64,000 nucleotides of DNA from the human T2T-CHM13v2.0 reference genome, Homo sapiens (GCF_009914755.1 NC_060926.1); one strand, 5' to 3'. Counted from the stretch's first letter, positions 1 to 17,002 are shown. The notes: generated by a model not told the origin, from the letters alone. A program made the numbers and translations.

Positions 1-400
1 ATCACCAAGAACCCAAGGGCTGGAGACGTTCCTTCTGACGGTGCTGAGAAAGTCCAGCTGCGGAGGAAAGGAGAGGGCCAGGCTATTCAGAAAGCTTCCC
101 AAGGAATCCAAGCCTTCTCTCTCACAGGGAACATAGCAGGACGAGGTCGATCCACTGCCCGTTTCAAAAGACAGAAGGTGGAGCATTAACCAAGAAGATG
201 CCAGGACCCATCAACTTGCATCAACTGTGATGGTAACAGAAGAAAGAGCAAATTCTGGCTGCAGGTCTGTCACCAAATTGGGAGAAGGCAGAGTCAAAAT
301 TGTGGTTCCAGCAAGACAGGGCTGCAAAGAAGCTCCTCCAGTTTGGAAGCAGATGCTACAGCCCAGTGAGATGGTGGTTGCGGTGAGAATGCACCTTTTC

Positions 401-887
401 TTTTTTTTTCTTTTTATTTTTTTACTATTTTTTTATTATACTTTAAGTTTTAGGGTACATGTGCACAACGTGCAGGTTTGTTACATATGTAAACATGTGC
501 CATGTTGGTGTGCTGCACCCATTAACTCGTCATTAAACATTAGGTATATCTCCTAATGCTATTCCTCCCTCCTTCCCCCATCCCATAACAGGCTCCCGTG
601 TGTGATGTTCCCCTTCCTGTGTCCATGTGTTCTCATTGTTCAATTCCCACCTATGAGTGAGAACATGCGGTGTTTGCTTTTTTGTCCTTGTGATAGTTTG
701 CTGAGAAAGATGGTTTCCAGCTTCATCCATGTCCCTACAAAGGACATGAACTCATCCTTTTTTATGGCTGCATAGTATTCCATGGTGTATATGTGCCACA
801 TTTTCTTAATCCAGTCTATCATTGTTGGACATTTGGGTTGGTTCCAAGTCTTTGCTATTGTGAATAGTGCCGCAATAAACATATGTG
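401..887 (-). mobile_element. 5'-truncated L1PA (young primate LINE-1) 3' end
   Basis: T-rich tail followed by the canonical antisense L1 3'UTR (ttatactttaagttttagggtacatgtgcacaacgtgcagg). The minus-strand ORF reads MFIAALFTIAKTWNQPKCP, the ORF2 C-terminus. TSD gagaatgcaccttttc (385-400) / gagagcgcaccttttc (888-903). Confidence 0.95.
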
Positions 888-2057
888 GAGAGCGCACCTT
901 TTCGATTCGTCTGCAGGGAAGTGATCGCTCAGGCCTTCGCTGACATGCTCTGAAACCCTTCCCTACGCTTGTGCTGAAACAATTCCCATCAGCCACTCCT
1001 AGCCACGACGGAGCATGCCAGGGACACTGAGGCAGGCCCATTCCTGGGAGATGGGTCTCCCCTGACAGGTGACTGTGGCTCCAAGTTTCACCAGGACGAG
1101 GCCGACCTGCCCTGAGAACCTCATGGTGGACTCAGCCCCCTCCTCAGATCCCCCTTCCTCTCCCTGCGCTCCTCTGATGGGCATCGCCATCCCACGGCTC
1201 GCCTCGCCTCTCTGCACCCCACCCCATCTTCCCCCACTTGCATGTCCCCTGATTTTCCGGCTTTACTTTTTTGCTGGTGTCTGCTCCTCAGAGCTCCCAA
1301 GCTCCACAAATGGTTCCAGGGATGGTCCAAGAAAACGGTCGGTCAGAGGAGGATTTGGGACCGGCTTGTCCACTGCCCAGAGGATGACAAGGATGCCATC
1401 CTGGTTAAAGACAGGACACTGATAGTTTCTGGAACCCGGGCCAGCTGAAGCTTCCCCCAGTAGTGACCTTGGAAAACCTCCCAGCAGAGGAGGGTCAACA
1501 AGCAGCTGTGATTCATGGGACAGCCGTCGGGCCTCTGTGGTAGCTCCCGAAGAGGCCCTCGTCTCTCACACGTGGGCTGAGCAGGCGCAGAGCTCCACAG
1601 CCATCTGCGCAGTCGGCCAAGCCAGATCTGCCATGCAAAGGTTGGGGCTCTAAGGAGGGGACCCTGGGACCCTGAAACATGGATGGCTGCCCCCAGGAAT
1701 CCCCTGCAGGTCCCTCTGGCCCCTTTGTGCTTGCAGAGGTGCCCCACCCTTCCCTAATAGGAGCTAGCACTTCTGCCAGGATGGAGGATGCTGCAGGGAC
1801 CACTGCCCCACAAGGCAATGGAGGCCCCTCAGGAGTTGCACCCATGCCATCTCCTGGCTGCTAACTGCTATAGTTAAATCTTAGCATAAATGGTCCTGGG
1901 TTTGTCCTGGCCTGATAAGGAAGGAGGGTATGTACTTACAGGAGGGCAAGAATGAGCCAGCATGACCAGCAGGAAGGGACTGCTCTGACTGGGGTCCCAC
2001 GGCCTGGGATGCTGAGACCGGGTGAGCAGAAACTTATTGACGGGGGGATTGTCTTGC

Positions 2058-2487
2058 ATTAAAAGACAAAAATCACAATTGAGTTTAAAGATCGAATTGC
2101 TTTATTTGTGATTCTAGAATCGGGCAGCGCCTTGTGCTATGCAACAGAATGAGTGCTCCAATGAGTCCATCACAGGAGTTGGCTTTGTAGGCAAACAAGG
2201 ACTGAAGGGAACAGAAAAGAGAACAAAAAAAGTGGACTGATCACTTCAAAGTTACTTTCCTTGTATTGCCAATACAGAGGGGACTTCCCTATTATGCTGA
2301 CTCGGGTAGACTGGGATCTCCGGGGGTTTGTTGCTGTTGTTCTTTCTGAAAACTGGCCCATTTCAAAGTTCATTTCAATTACGGGGCATTTAGTACAAGT
2401 GCCTTCATGCTGGTTGGGTCTGGTCCACTGGGGCCTCGTGCAGGAGGCCCATCCAAAATAACGGCCTCCCATGAACTTTGTGTCACA
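2058..2487 (-). mobile_element. ERV1-class solo LTR remnant (MER-type; subfamily uncertain)
   Basis: LTR-like motif gattctagaatcgggcagc, minus-strand polyA signal (tttatt at 2101), ends ...gtcaca. Confidence 0.55.
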
Positions 2488-3239
2488 TGGGGACACAGGA
2501 TTTAACACCATAGCAAGAACCCCAGGGAGATGGGACAAGCACACTCTTGGGATGGCTCAGAGTGGCCAGGAAGAAATGACGACCAACTAGGAGAGATGGA
2601 GATGCCTGAGTTGGCCTGGCAGAGAGCAGGGAAAGCTGAGGGGAGCGGGCGTGCTGGGATGGGCATTTGAGGTGTGGGCAGAAGGTGCTGTTTCAGGAGC
2701 AAGCCCAGAGGACACATATCCCCCCAGGCTACTTGGAACCTGCTGGCAAGAGGGGCAGCAGCGTCACTGAGAGGCCTGACAAGGGTTGTCCCCTGCAGAC
2801 CAGGCACAGTAGGCGGCAGTCACAGAGCTGAGGTCACTGACATCCATGGGGATGGTGGGGCCTCAGAGTGACAGAGGCCAGGCTCAACCATGGAAGCCAG
2901 GACACCCAGCAGGAGGCGAGAAGGGAGACCTGTCACGCACCCCGCTTCCTTCTCTGTGCCAAGGGACAAAAGTACAATAATTTATGTTTTACCGTGGAAG
3001 GATATGCCAGCTTGCCCCTGACCAATGGCCCCTAAAACCCCCCTGGAGTGGCCAGTCCCCGAATCTCCCGAGGGTGTGTGTCTGCAGGAGCTGCACTGCG
3101 TGGAGGGGTGGGGATAGATAATAGAGCTGGCACCTCCAGGGGCAAGTTGGCAGTGGCCAGCAGAAGGGCCACTGTGCACTTATGGCCAATAACAAGCAGG
3201 AACGGGGGGCAGAGGTGGAGGGTGGCCGCCCCAAGAAAA

Positions 3240-3650
3240 ATAAAGCCCCTTGCTCTGCTCCTAGACCTAAGCCCATATTCAGACCCCAAAACTATTGACT
3301 AAGGAGGTGGCCTTCCCCAGAGGGAAGGATCCTGTGACATTCTGGGAAGTCTTTACCATGCCAGTCCCCCCATCCTTTCCCTGAAGGGTCTGTGGCAATT
3401 TGTTCAGGTGACCGTGCGCTGGAAAAAGGGCAACAAGCAGACGTGTCGAGGATTTCTGGATATGGGGTCTGACATTGATCCCAAAAGGCCCAAAGCATCC
3501 ACACAGCCCTCTGTGTGGGTGGGGGTGCAGGTGACAAGTGGCGTCCTGACGCAAGTCCAGTTCACACTGGTCCACTGGGCCCGTGGGCCCGCCCTGCGGT
3601 CCTTTCCCCAGTCCCTAAGTGTGTCATTGGAATGGATCTACTCGGCAGCT
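3240..3650 (+). mobile_element. Degenerate ERV-L/MaLR-type internal gag-protease fragment
   Basis: Translation VTVRWKKGNKQTCRGFLDMGS...GVLTQVQFT and, after frameshifts, PVPKCVIGMDLL. This matches the recalled HERV-L protease region VTVHWGKGNNQTFRGLLDTGS...GVLAQV...PVPECIIGIDIL. Confidence 0.8.
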
Positions 3651-4340
3651 GAAGTAGATCAGGACCCACCTGACTCTCCTCCACTGACCATGACCAAAAC
3701 TCTCCATCTGCCCTAAAAAATTGCTTCTCCTGGCTTCCTACCTGAGGACACCACTGTCCACCAGGTCACCATCCTCTAATGGTCACCTGGGCCATCAGGT
3801 CTCTCCTGCACCCCCAAGAGTGACACTAAGTCAACACAGCCTGTAGGATCTTCCTGGAAGCAGGGGTGAACCTCTCCTCAGAGTCTCCTTAACAAGCAAG
3901 ACAAAGACAAGTCAAGCGTGATTCAGCATCACATCTAGTTAATCACGTTGAGATGCTCTGTGACAGCCGTTCACCTGCGGGGAGGGACCACCGTGCCATT
4001 TCCTTTTTTCTTTACCCAAAGTAAGGCCAAACAGCATTCGGATATTTGCCCACATTGTTTTAACACCCCGGGCTGCTGCAATTTTTCATTTTCAAATGTC
4101 TGGGCCATTCAGGAGCCCCTTTCCTGGGAGCAGACTGGGTTGGGAAGCGGGGGATGTTGCCCAGAGCCACTGGGAGTCTCTGTGAGCTCCATTCAGACGT
4201 GGCCTCCTAGGCAGGGATTTCCCCGCTTCAATCTGAAGCAGGTTCCGTGGGTAATTCCCTCTCTGTTCCTTAATAAGAACCCTGAAAACCACCAGGACAA
4301 ATTCTGGGCAGAGAGAGATTTCTCAGAGGAATGTTGTAAG

Positions 4341-4403
4341 TATTAGGTTGCGCAAAAGTAATTACTTTTCTCACCCTTCTATTACTTTTGCACCAACTTA
4401 ATA
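4341..4403. mobile_element. MADE1 (Hsmar1 mariner-derived MITE), internally altered
   Basis: TIRs ttaggttgcgcaaaagtaatt / attacttttgcaccaacttaa, flanked by TA. Confidence 0.85.
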
Positions 4404-4650
4404 GTACCTGTTCTAGCTCTTGTTAATATATAATTCATCTTCTAAAAAGGGGCACATGAATGTTACTGTCCATTAATGACAACAGACGGTGGCCACATTT
4501 GCTAGTCCCATTTGCTTCTCACAAGAAAAAAGAAAAAAGTCAAGAGCATCTTGCCCACCCAGGACAGGGCTTCTCGCAGCTGGTTCCTTCTGGGCAACCA
4601 GCCCCCTGGAACCCCTAGAGCTGGGGCGATTGTGAAACAGTCTTCCCCCA

Positions 4651-4865
4651 TTTTTTTTTTTTTTTTTTTTGCAGTTGCAAGATTTAATAGAGTGAAAACA
4701 GAGCTCCCTTGCAAAGGGAGCTATACTGTGATACATGGAAGACTGGATCATCTATTGCCTGAGAGCACAGCAGGAGGTACAATGATCGGGATATAAGGGA
4801 TATAAACCCAGGCATTTGAGCCGGCAACGGCTACCCTCTTTGGGTCCCCTCCCTTTGTATAGGAG
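4651..4865 (-). mobile_element. HERV-W/LTR17 processed retrocopy fragment with 5' inversion
   Basis: T20, then the antisense LTR17 R end (reverse complement ...gagctctgttttcactctattaaatcttgcaactgc-An), then sense LTR17 U3/R sequence atcatctattgcctgagagcacagcaggagg...ctccctttgtataggag. Confidence 0.85.
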
Positions 4866-5147
4866 GGGATACTGGATGTGATGCATGGATACTGTATCAC
4901 ATCACACCCAGAAAGGTCTGGTGGCTCCTGCTGTAGCCACCAGAATAGATGATTCAGGAAGGGTTGGGAGGAGAGTACCTGCGTGAGGGAGGAGAAAGTG
5001 CCAGTGAAAGGAGGTGGGTTATACATAGGGACATGGACCACATAAGAAGCCATATGAGGACGATGGGAGCCAGGGCCCTCATATCAAAGAAGTGAGTTAC
5101 AGACGTGGGAAGGGGAAAGCTAGAATGAGCCCTGTTGTTTGACCTGG

Positions 5148-5459
5148 TGAGACAGCCAAGTAAAAAGGGCTCCCGGGAGAACTTCTAACAGGCCTGCACA
5201 CTAGGAGGACGGGGTGGAGCCAGGGAACTCCCAGCCATTTGCAGAGGGGAGGAGCCCGGCCTCTTCAGTTCCTGTGTGGTGGGGGCAGGAGCTGATTTCT
5301 CAGCTTCCCTCTCGCTCTGCTGAAAGTGTTTCTCTTCTTCCTTTTTCACCCAATAAATTCCATTTTTCTCACCCTTCTATGTGTCTGTGAGCCTAATCTT
5401 TCCTGGTCATGTGACAAGAACCTGGTTTTTAGTTGAACTGAGGAGAAAGTCCTGCAACA
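5148..5459 (+). mobile_element. Solo LTR, MER61-like (ERV1)
   Basis: TG...CA ends (tgagacagccaag...cctgcaaca), AATAAA at 5352, 4-bp TSD ctgg on both sides. Confidence 0.8.
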
Positions 5460-5502
5460 CTGGGATTAAAGTATCCATGTGAACTTAAAGTTTTGGGGAA
5501 CA

Positions 5503-5700
5503 ATAGACAGCTGATAGATTGATTAGAGAGATGAGAGATGGATGGATGAAGGTTAGATATAGATAGATGATAGATAAGTTAGATGATAGAGATAGATATT
5601 AGATAGACAGAGATAGATGATACACAGATAAATTAGATGATGGAGAGAGAGAGATTAGCTAAACAGACAGCGATAGACGATAGATACCAGGTAGAAAGAT
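5503..5700. repeat. Degenerate (GATA/TAGA)n microsatellite
   Basis: Repeated agat/taga units. Confidence 0.9.
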
Positions 5701-6213
5701 ACACATATATATATTACATATATTCCCTAGCTCTGCCCATTTAAGGAGCCTGGGAACAGCAACAAAAGCTGCTGTTTCCCAAAAGCACTGAGCACACCTA
5801 GCACCCAGACTTTGGCTTTTAAATTTCATTCTCCACATGAAAGAGGAACCCACATCCCCTGGAGAAACAATTGATTCCAGGGCTGGGACTGAGAAGCTTC
5901 AACAGCAGCCGGCAGCTCCCGCTCTAAGGGGCTTTGTGGTTTACTGCTGTTGATCAGTCAAAGGCTATGGTGAGCAGTAGAACTGTGGTGTTCAAAGGAC
6001 CCTCACCCTTAATGTTTCAAAGCAATTCATTTGATTCATTAAAGTTTACATTTTATTACTTTAACAAATCAAATAATCTACCTAGAAAAAGTAATAATGT
6101 CCCCCAGTGCCTCTATTCCCAGTATGACCCCTAACTCCTGCTCAAGAAGCTAGATGCCACCTCCCCTTGCTCCTTGGTTATTCACCTGATTCTGTTTCCT
6201 GCCTCTTAACAAT

Positions 6214-6949
6214 TGTATAACCACCCAGCGGGTTCTCCTTGCCCGCTACCCAGACAGAGCAGATTTATCAAGACGGGAGAATTGCAATAGAGAAAGAGTT
6301 GTTGATGCACAGCCAGCTGTGCAGGACACCAGAGTTTCATTATAACTCAAATTAGTCTCCCCGAGAATTGACTCCAATTCGGGGATTGGAGTTTTAAAAG
6401 ATAATTTGGTGAGTAGGGGCCAGTGAGTTGTGACTGCTGATTGGTCGGGTTGCAGATGAAATCATAGGAAGTCAAAGCTGTTCTCTTGTGCTGAGTCAGT
6501 TCCTGGGTTGGGGGTGGCCACACGACCAGATGAGCCAGTTTATTGATCTGGGTGGTGCCAGCTGATCCATCGAGTTTGGGGTCTGCAAAATATCTCAAGC
6601 ACTGATCTTAGGTTTTAAAACGGTGATGTTATCCCCAGGAGCAATCTGAGGAGAGTCAGAGTCTTGTAGCCTCCAGCTGCATGGCTCCTAAACCATAATT
6701 TCTAATATTTGGCTAATTTGTTAGTGATACAAAGGCAGAGGAGTGCCCAGGCAAGAAAGGAGTTTGTTTTGGGAAAGGGCTGTTATCGTCTTTGTTTCAA
6801 AGCTAAACTATAAACTAAGTTCCCCTCAGAATTATTTCAGCCTGTGCTCAGGAATGAACAAGTACAACTTGGAGGTTAGAAGCAAGATGGAGTTGGTTCA
6901 GTCAGATCTCTTTCGCTGTCTCAGTTATAATGTTGCAATGGCCGTTTCA
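6214..6949 (-). mobile_element. LTR8-family solo LTR (ERV1)
   Basis: Runs from tgtataaccacccagcgggttctccttgcccgct to ...ttgcaatggccgtttca, matching the recalled antisense LTR8. Confidence 0.8.
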
Positions 6950-8545
6950 ATTCAATGGCATCCATGTAGATTCCTCAGGAGTTCTGTGGGGTGCCGGAAG
7001 CAGGGCGGGGCAGCTGTGGAAAGGACAGGTTTAGGAACAGGCGGCTTAAAACAGTGGGGCTATAGCAGGAGCCTGCAGACCTGTCTGGATGTGATGTGAT
7101 GCGGACTGGGGCAGGATGGAAATGGGAAATCTGAGAACGTCTCAGGTCGAGCACTGCCCAGCAGCCTTCTCTCCCTTTCCTCTTCCCCTCCCGCATGACC
7201 CAAGCCAGCGCCAGTGGGTGGCGCTGCAGCGTCTCTGCCTTCACCTCTGTCTCTGTTCCTTCTGGCACACACACGCAAACACAGACACACACACATATGC
7301 ACACAGAGGTTTTGAGTGTATGTGTTGTTTGTTTAAAAAAAAAAAACTACGTAGTGCTATATAATCTTGTTTACAACTAGCTTTTCCCACTTCAGAATAT
7401 CTTGGAGGTCAATTATCCAGGTCAATACATACAAATCTATATTCTTACGATAAGAGGTGCCATTGAGGTTCAATCAGCCCAATGCTGAAGGTCATTCGGG
7501 GGTTTTAGTTTTTCACCGTCAACAGTGCCACAGCAACCATCATCTCACACCGAAAAAGGAGAAAGAGACCATTGAGGAGACCCAAAAAACTTCGGTTGGA
7601 AAAATGGGCCCCATGAGGAAATTTTTACATCCTTATGGAAGAATCGCTTGAGACTTTTAAATCTATGAAAGCTCATATGTCCATAACCAGCCGCCCTTGT
7701 GTCCTGAAGGAAAAAATGTAAACAGGAAATTGCTTTCAACTGCAAGAAAAAAATGACTCAGGAACTCAGGATGAAAATGGAGACTGGACAGAGATGGAAG
7801 CCAGGACTGAGCCCATGGTGCCAGGCGGCTGCGCCCAGCCCCTGCCCACCTGTACTCCCCTCCAAAGGGAAAAATAAAGAAAAAGCACCGTCAAATGCAC
7901 ACAGGTGTGATTGTGCCACTGTGGTGCACCCTTTACCCCGGGAAACGTGTGCTGCCGTTTGTCTTTATTCTAAGGGCGATGAGGATCACTACAGCGATTG
8001 TCTGCAGCTGGAAACACTCCTTTTCTAATAAGTGGTTTAGCTGCTTTCCTTTCCATGTGTCTCACTCAGACCCAGTACAAAATTTAAAATGGCACAAATA
8101 ACAGATGCTCGGTCGCCAGAAGTGCAGTTTGGAGGCAGCAACGCAGAGCAGTGGAAGGGGCTCCAGGTGTTCCCATCTAAGGCAGTGGCCGGCAGGCAGG
8201 AGGCCACGGCTGGTCCTGGTTCTGCCTCAGGGTGGCCCATGGTCCTGTCGGGTCACCTCCCTCCCCAAGGCCTCAGACTCCTCCTTTGTAATGTAGGGAT
8301 AATGACCCGAGCCTGGGGCTCCTCACTGGGTGCCACGAGGATGACTTGGATGCCATCTGTGCAGGCTCCGTCTCCTTCTCTGAGGGCTGGCACTAGGCAG
8401 GGCTCTGAACTGGGCTGATGTGAGCAGGACGGCACCTACGTGACCGATGGGGACACTAAAACCCAGCCCCTTGCCTCAGGTGGGACAACATGGGTCCCAT
8501 TCACAGTCCTGGGCTCCCTGTGGGGTCAAACCACCTCTTTGTCTA

Positions 8546-8918
<373 letters not shown>

Positions 8919-9242
8919 ACTCCTCTCTCAAACTCTGCTTCTATAGGAGCCAGCCAAAGAACACCATGTTGGTCAGAAGGCGATGCACGGCACAAACTGA
9001 AATGTAAGTGAAAACGACTACTGTTCCTGTTGGATCTGTACAGATAAAACAAGATTGGACACCATATGAGACACAGCGGTGGACTGAGGAACGGCTAGCA
9101 TCACTGCTTCCCTCCTGCCAGTGGCCTTGCCAGTGTCACAGCAGGCAGCAAGTGACCAGCAGCTCTCAGCACAGGGGGGACAGCTGGCCAAAGTACAACT
9201 GTCCCTACCATCAGACCCACCTCAGGCCACTGGCTTTGTGTA

Positions 9243-9729
9243 TGTGGCAGAGATTACAGCTGCTACCTATTGCCATTCTCTCTTCTTTCTTAGTAACACA
9301 GTCCTGCTTTTTAGCTGGACATGTTGCCACTTAAGAATAAAGACTGCCTTCCCCAGCCTCCCTCGAAACTAGGAGTGACCAGTGAGATGCAAATGGAAGT
9401 GTTGTGTTGGACTTCTTGGAGTGTTTCTCAGATGATTGAGGGAGCCCTTCTTCCTCACTTTTTCCTTTCTGGTGCTTCAACTGTAGGAATAATGGCTGGA
9501 GCTCTGGCAGCCATCTTAGGCTGTGAGATTGCCTTGATATTGGAAGTGATACCAGGCAAAAATAGAAGACAGAAAGGAACCGGGTTACCTGATAACTTCA
9601 TGGAGCCACCACATCGGCCCTAGGTTGCCTACGTCTGTACTACTTTTTTGTGAGATAATAAACCTTTGTGTGTCTGAGCCTCTAAGGCCAGGTTGCTGTC
9701 ACTAGCAGTGAACCTACTCCTAACTAACA
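9243..9729 (+). mobile_element. MLT1-type MaLR LTR (old)
   Basis: Motifs tgtggcag..., gcagccatctt, catggagc, ataaacct, ...cctaactaaca. Confidence 0.65.
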
Positions 9730-9858
9730 GTCTTTGGCACTCCTGTCTGTTCTGTGACTAGGAGAAGTCTATTTCTGTCATTTTCTTCTTTCTGTGTTCT
9801 CATCTTTAATGTGACATCCTCAGCATCTAGTAACAAGTTGCATAATGTTTTATTGTAC

Positions 9859-11078
<1,220 letters not shown>

Positions 11079-12059
11079 TTCTCCTTTCTTTTAAAGCAAT
11101 ATAGCATTAGTGATGTCTTTTAAAAAATAATACCAGCCATTACCATCTTAGGAAGTGTGAATATTTCAGGAGTAAAACGGGTCTTTCAGACCCAAGCACT
11201 GGAGATGCAGAGTATCAAGAGGAAATGAGCAATGGTCTGGTGGCAGGTCTGGGACCGACAGCATCCCCCTGTCTGTGGGGCCTCCCCTAGACCCACATTC
11301 CCACTTGTCCATTTAGAAGTAGCACCTGCTGCCCTGTGGAGGGAGGGCAACATAGAAGCCAGGAGAACCATGATCAGGTGACAGATGACAAACAGCCACC
11401 AGCTGAGGGGGTTTGGCACATCTGTTGTTCATTTACGGGCTCAGTTCCCTCATCTGTCAAGAGAAGGAGTCTTGGGTCCCTCTGAGGTCATGTTCAGTGA
11501 CTTTATGATCACAGATGCCATGACAAATCACATTCTCACCCAAGGTGAGGGTCCTAGTCCATCGTGAGTGGGAAGAGAGTGCTCTGAGTGAAGGTGTGGC
11601 CTGATGGAGTGACACTAACTCTCTCCCACAACACTACCCAGGGAAGGCCAGCAGTGCCCAGTCCTGATTAACTAAGCCATTGCCTTTCGGCTCTCCCCAT
11701 GGCAAGAGGCACAGATGGTTTCCCTGTGGGACTGGTTGTCCAAGAGCAAATAGATTTTCTACCCAGTGCTTGTTAGCATCTTATCAGTGTTTCACAAAAA
11801 TCCAGGAAATAACTTGCTTTGAGTCTCTTCCATATTTTCAAGATCCACTGTTGTTGCTTTTCCCTGCAATTCCCTCAGAGCACCCCATGACTTCTGGACA
11901 CAGAGTTGAAGAGGACAGGCAGTGAAGGAGCCAGCCACATCCTCAGGGTAAAGAGCAATGGAGACAGTCCTGACCTTGGTGCCAAAGAGGACAGCCTTCA
12001 CCCAGGTCTGCAGCTACAGTGGAGCAGGAGCTGCCTGGGTCCTTTCCAAATCCAGCTGA

Positions 12060-12753
<694 letters not shown>

Positions 12754-13457
12754 ATGCAATGTATTTTTAACCTCCTCCCCCAAAAAGAAACAACAACCCA
12801 CAGTCTAATGGGTCCGGAATGGGCATTTGGTATTTGGATCAAAAATGGGGGTGGGTGGGGAGCTGTTGTGAGGAGGGAGGTGCTTGGGCTTTGAGGACAC
12901 CTGAAGAAGCCATCCCTTGGAATTTGCTTTTGATCACACTTGGCCTCCAGGTGCCCCCAGTGCCTCTGGGCACTGACAGCTCACCTTGATGGAATCATCT
13001 TCAGCAGATGAGGCAAACGAGCAGCCCGGCCTGTTACTCTGCACCAGTGGGTGACAGATGATCACTACTAAGAAGGAAAGCACAGTCCATTTGTCATTTT
13101 TGACATTCAAAGTCCAGAAGGTCCTGGTGACCATGGAGTTCCCTTCCTGCAGGATGTGACAGGCCATTTACAAAGCCCGCCCTGGGATCTTTTTATAGCC
13201 ATTCAATTTACGTGAAGCAAGCACAGCTTGGGGCATTGAAGCAGTATAATTTTAACACTTAATTACATTGCTTCCTCATTGACAAGACAGCTGCATCGGA
13301 TGCAATTTGTCATTTCATTAGGCAATAAATATTGAAAACAGCAAAACAAACCAATGTGGGCAAGCACAGCTCCAGCCCAGCAGCAGCTGACCGCACTGGC
13401 ACACGGGAGTGACAGCAGCAGGGCCACCTGTGCGACCTCACCCTCACCACTCCCTCA

Positions 13458-14030
<573 letters not shown>

Positions 14031-14849
14031 TCACTGGGTGTGAGATTTGCAGTGGAAAGCAGGCTGGAGTTGTGCATGAGAAGAGAACCTGGGAGCTGCA
14101 GACAGAGAGCACAGTGAGGCTGGTGCTGCCAAGGGGCCAGGCTGGGAAGGGCAGGGGGATTGGTGGAGGCAGACATGAAAGCCGGAGGACATTCCAGACC
14201 AAGGGAACAATGAACAAGGAGAAACCATGCATGAGCTGGGGACAGCTGGGAGACCAGCTGACTAGAACAGAGACACTACTGGAGGCCAGGTGGCTGAGAA
14301 GTGGGGGCTGGATTCCTGGGGTCTTAGGATTGGATCTGCCTGCAGAGGCAAGCCTTTGAGCACCTCTCCAGATAGGCAGGCATTCAAGGAGGTGTCCCCA
14401 GCTCACTTCCCTCCCTGACCTCTGAAGCATCCTTCCTGCAGATGAGGCCTACGAGAAAGTGATTAACGCCCTCCTCCTCATCATGATCACTGGGGTGATT
14501 AGGACTTGTTGTGCACCTACTATGTGCTAAGCACTGTGCTCAGGGCTTCGCGTGCAGCCCTGCTCTCACACTCAGAGACTCAGCTCCACCACGCCTCTCT
14601 GGCAGCCAGTTGGGGTCACTGAGGCAGAAACAGGGCCAGGCCGGCCCCTGCCAAGTTCCTGTAGGCTGAGCCATGTGGGGTCAGCGCATGGTAAGATCCG
14701 CCCGTGAACCCTACTCTGCGGACATATCTGTAATGGGAAAGGGGAAGCCTGCGGCAGACTCCCTGGGCGGCCAGGGCAGAGGGGAACGGGAGGAGAGCCC
14801 TGCATCGCCACGACGGAACAGGGACTCTGCTCGGCAGCCACATGTCATT

Positions 14850-15387
<538 letters not shown>

Positions 15388-15729
15388 TGACACAGTGAAC
15401 CCAGATTTGTACTTTTTCCTTACACTATAGCTGCCTCTTTCAGAAACAAGTAAGCCAACAGAGCTTCTCCAAAACTTCCCTTCTGGGTCCCTTAACTCAC
15501 TGCGTGACAAACTCTCTTCTATGCCCTTCAGACTCAGTGCTCCTTCCACTCTTCCACCCAAAGTCAGTGCACAGTTCTGGTACTAGTCATTTACATTTTA
15601 GTATGAATTTAAGCCCCTGTGCTACTTGTCCAATGTGTCATTTGCATGCTATGCCTCCTCTGTAATGAGTAAGAAACCTGTTAAAGAAATCTCAGACGTA
15701 AGTGAGCTGATACAGGAAGACTAATATAG

Positions 15730-16093
<364 letters not shown>

Positions 16094-16202
16094 TAGCCAT
16101 TTGTCTAAGCAATGACATAAACCAATCACAAGATGAGATGAGTGACCCAAATGACTTTTGAAACCCACTTTTTCTTCTTTTCTTTTTTTAACTTTTTTTT
16201 TT

Positions 16203-16543
<341 letters not shown>

Positions 16544-16664
16544 TTACATATGCCCACATGCTTAAGTGAAAATATATCATACTGTTGTTTTATTGGTTTG
16601 GGGTTTGGGGGTGTTTCGTTTCATTTTGTTTTGCCTGTCTTGGCTCTCCCTTCATACCCACCAT

Positions 16665-17002
16665 GAGGTTTATGTTATGTGTCCACTGGACTGGGCCATG
16701 GAGAGCTCAGATGTATGGTTGAACATTGCTCTGGCTGTGTCAGTGATGTTTAGCATTTGAATCGGTAGATGCAGGAAAGCAGATTTCCCTCCCCGGTGTG
16801 TGCAGGCCTCATCCAGTCCACCGAAGGCCTGACATGTGCTCTCACTGTCTGAGCTGAAACATGAATCTTCTCTGCCTTCCGATTCTGACTCGGACTGGAA
16901 CTTACACATCAGCTCTCCCAGGTCCCCAGCCTGCTGACTGCAGATCTGGAGACCTCTCAGCCTCCATAACCACGAGTCAGTTCCTTATGATAAATCTCTC
17001 TT

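Larger units (their letters stand above)
5078..5895 (+). mobile_element. Old L1MC/L1MD 3' region, interrupted by an LTR and a GATA repeat
   Basis: Typical motifs gaaagctagaatgagccctg, tattccctagctctg, gcacacctagcacccaga. Confidence 0.65.

Noticed and set aside
640-1041. 133-aa ORF
   Set aside because: L1 ORF2 C-terminus fused by chance to flanking sequence.
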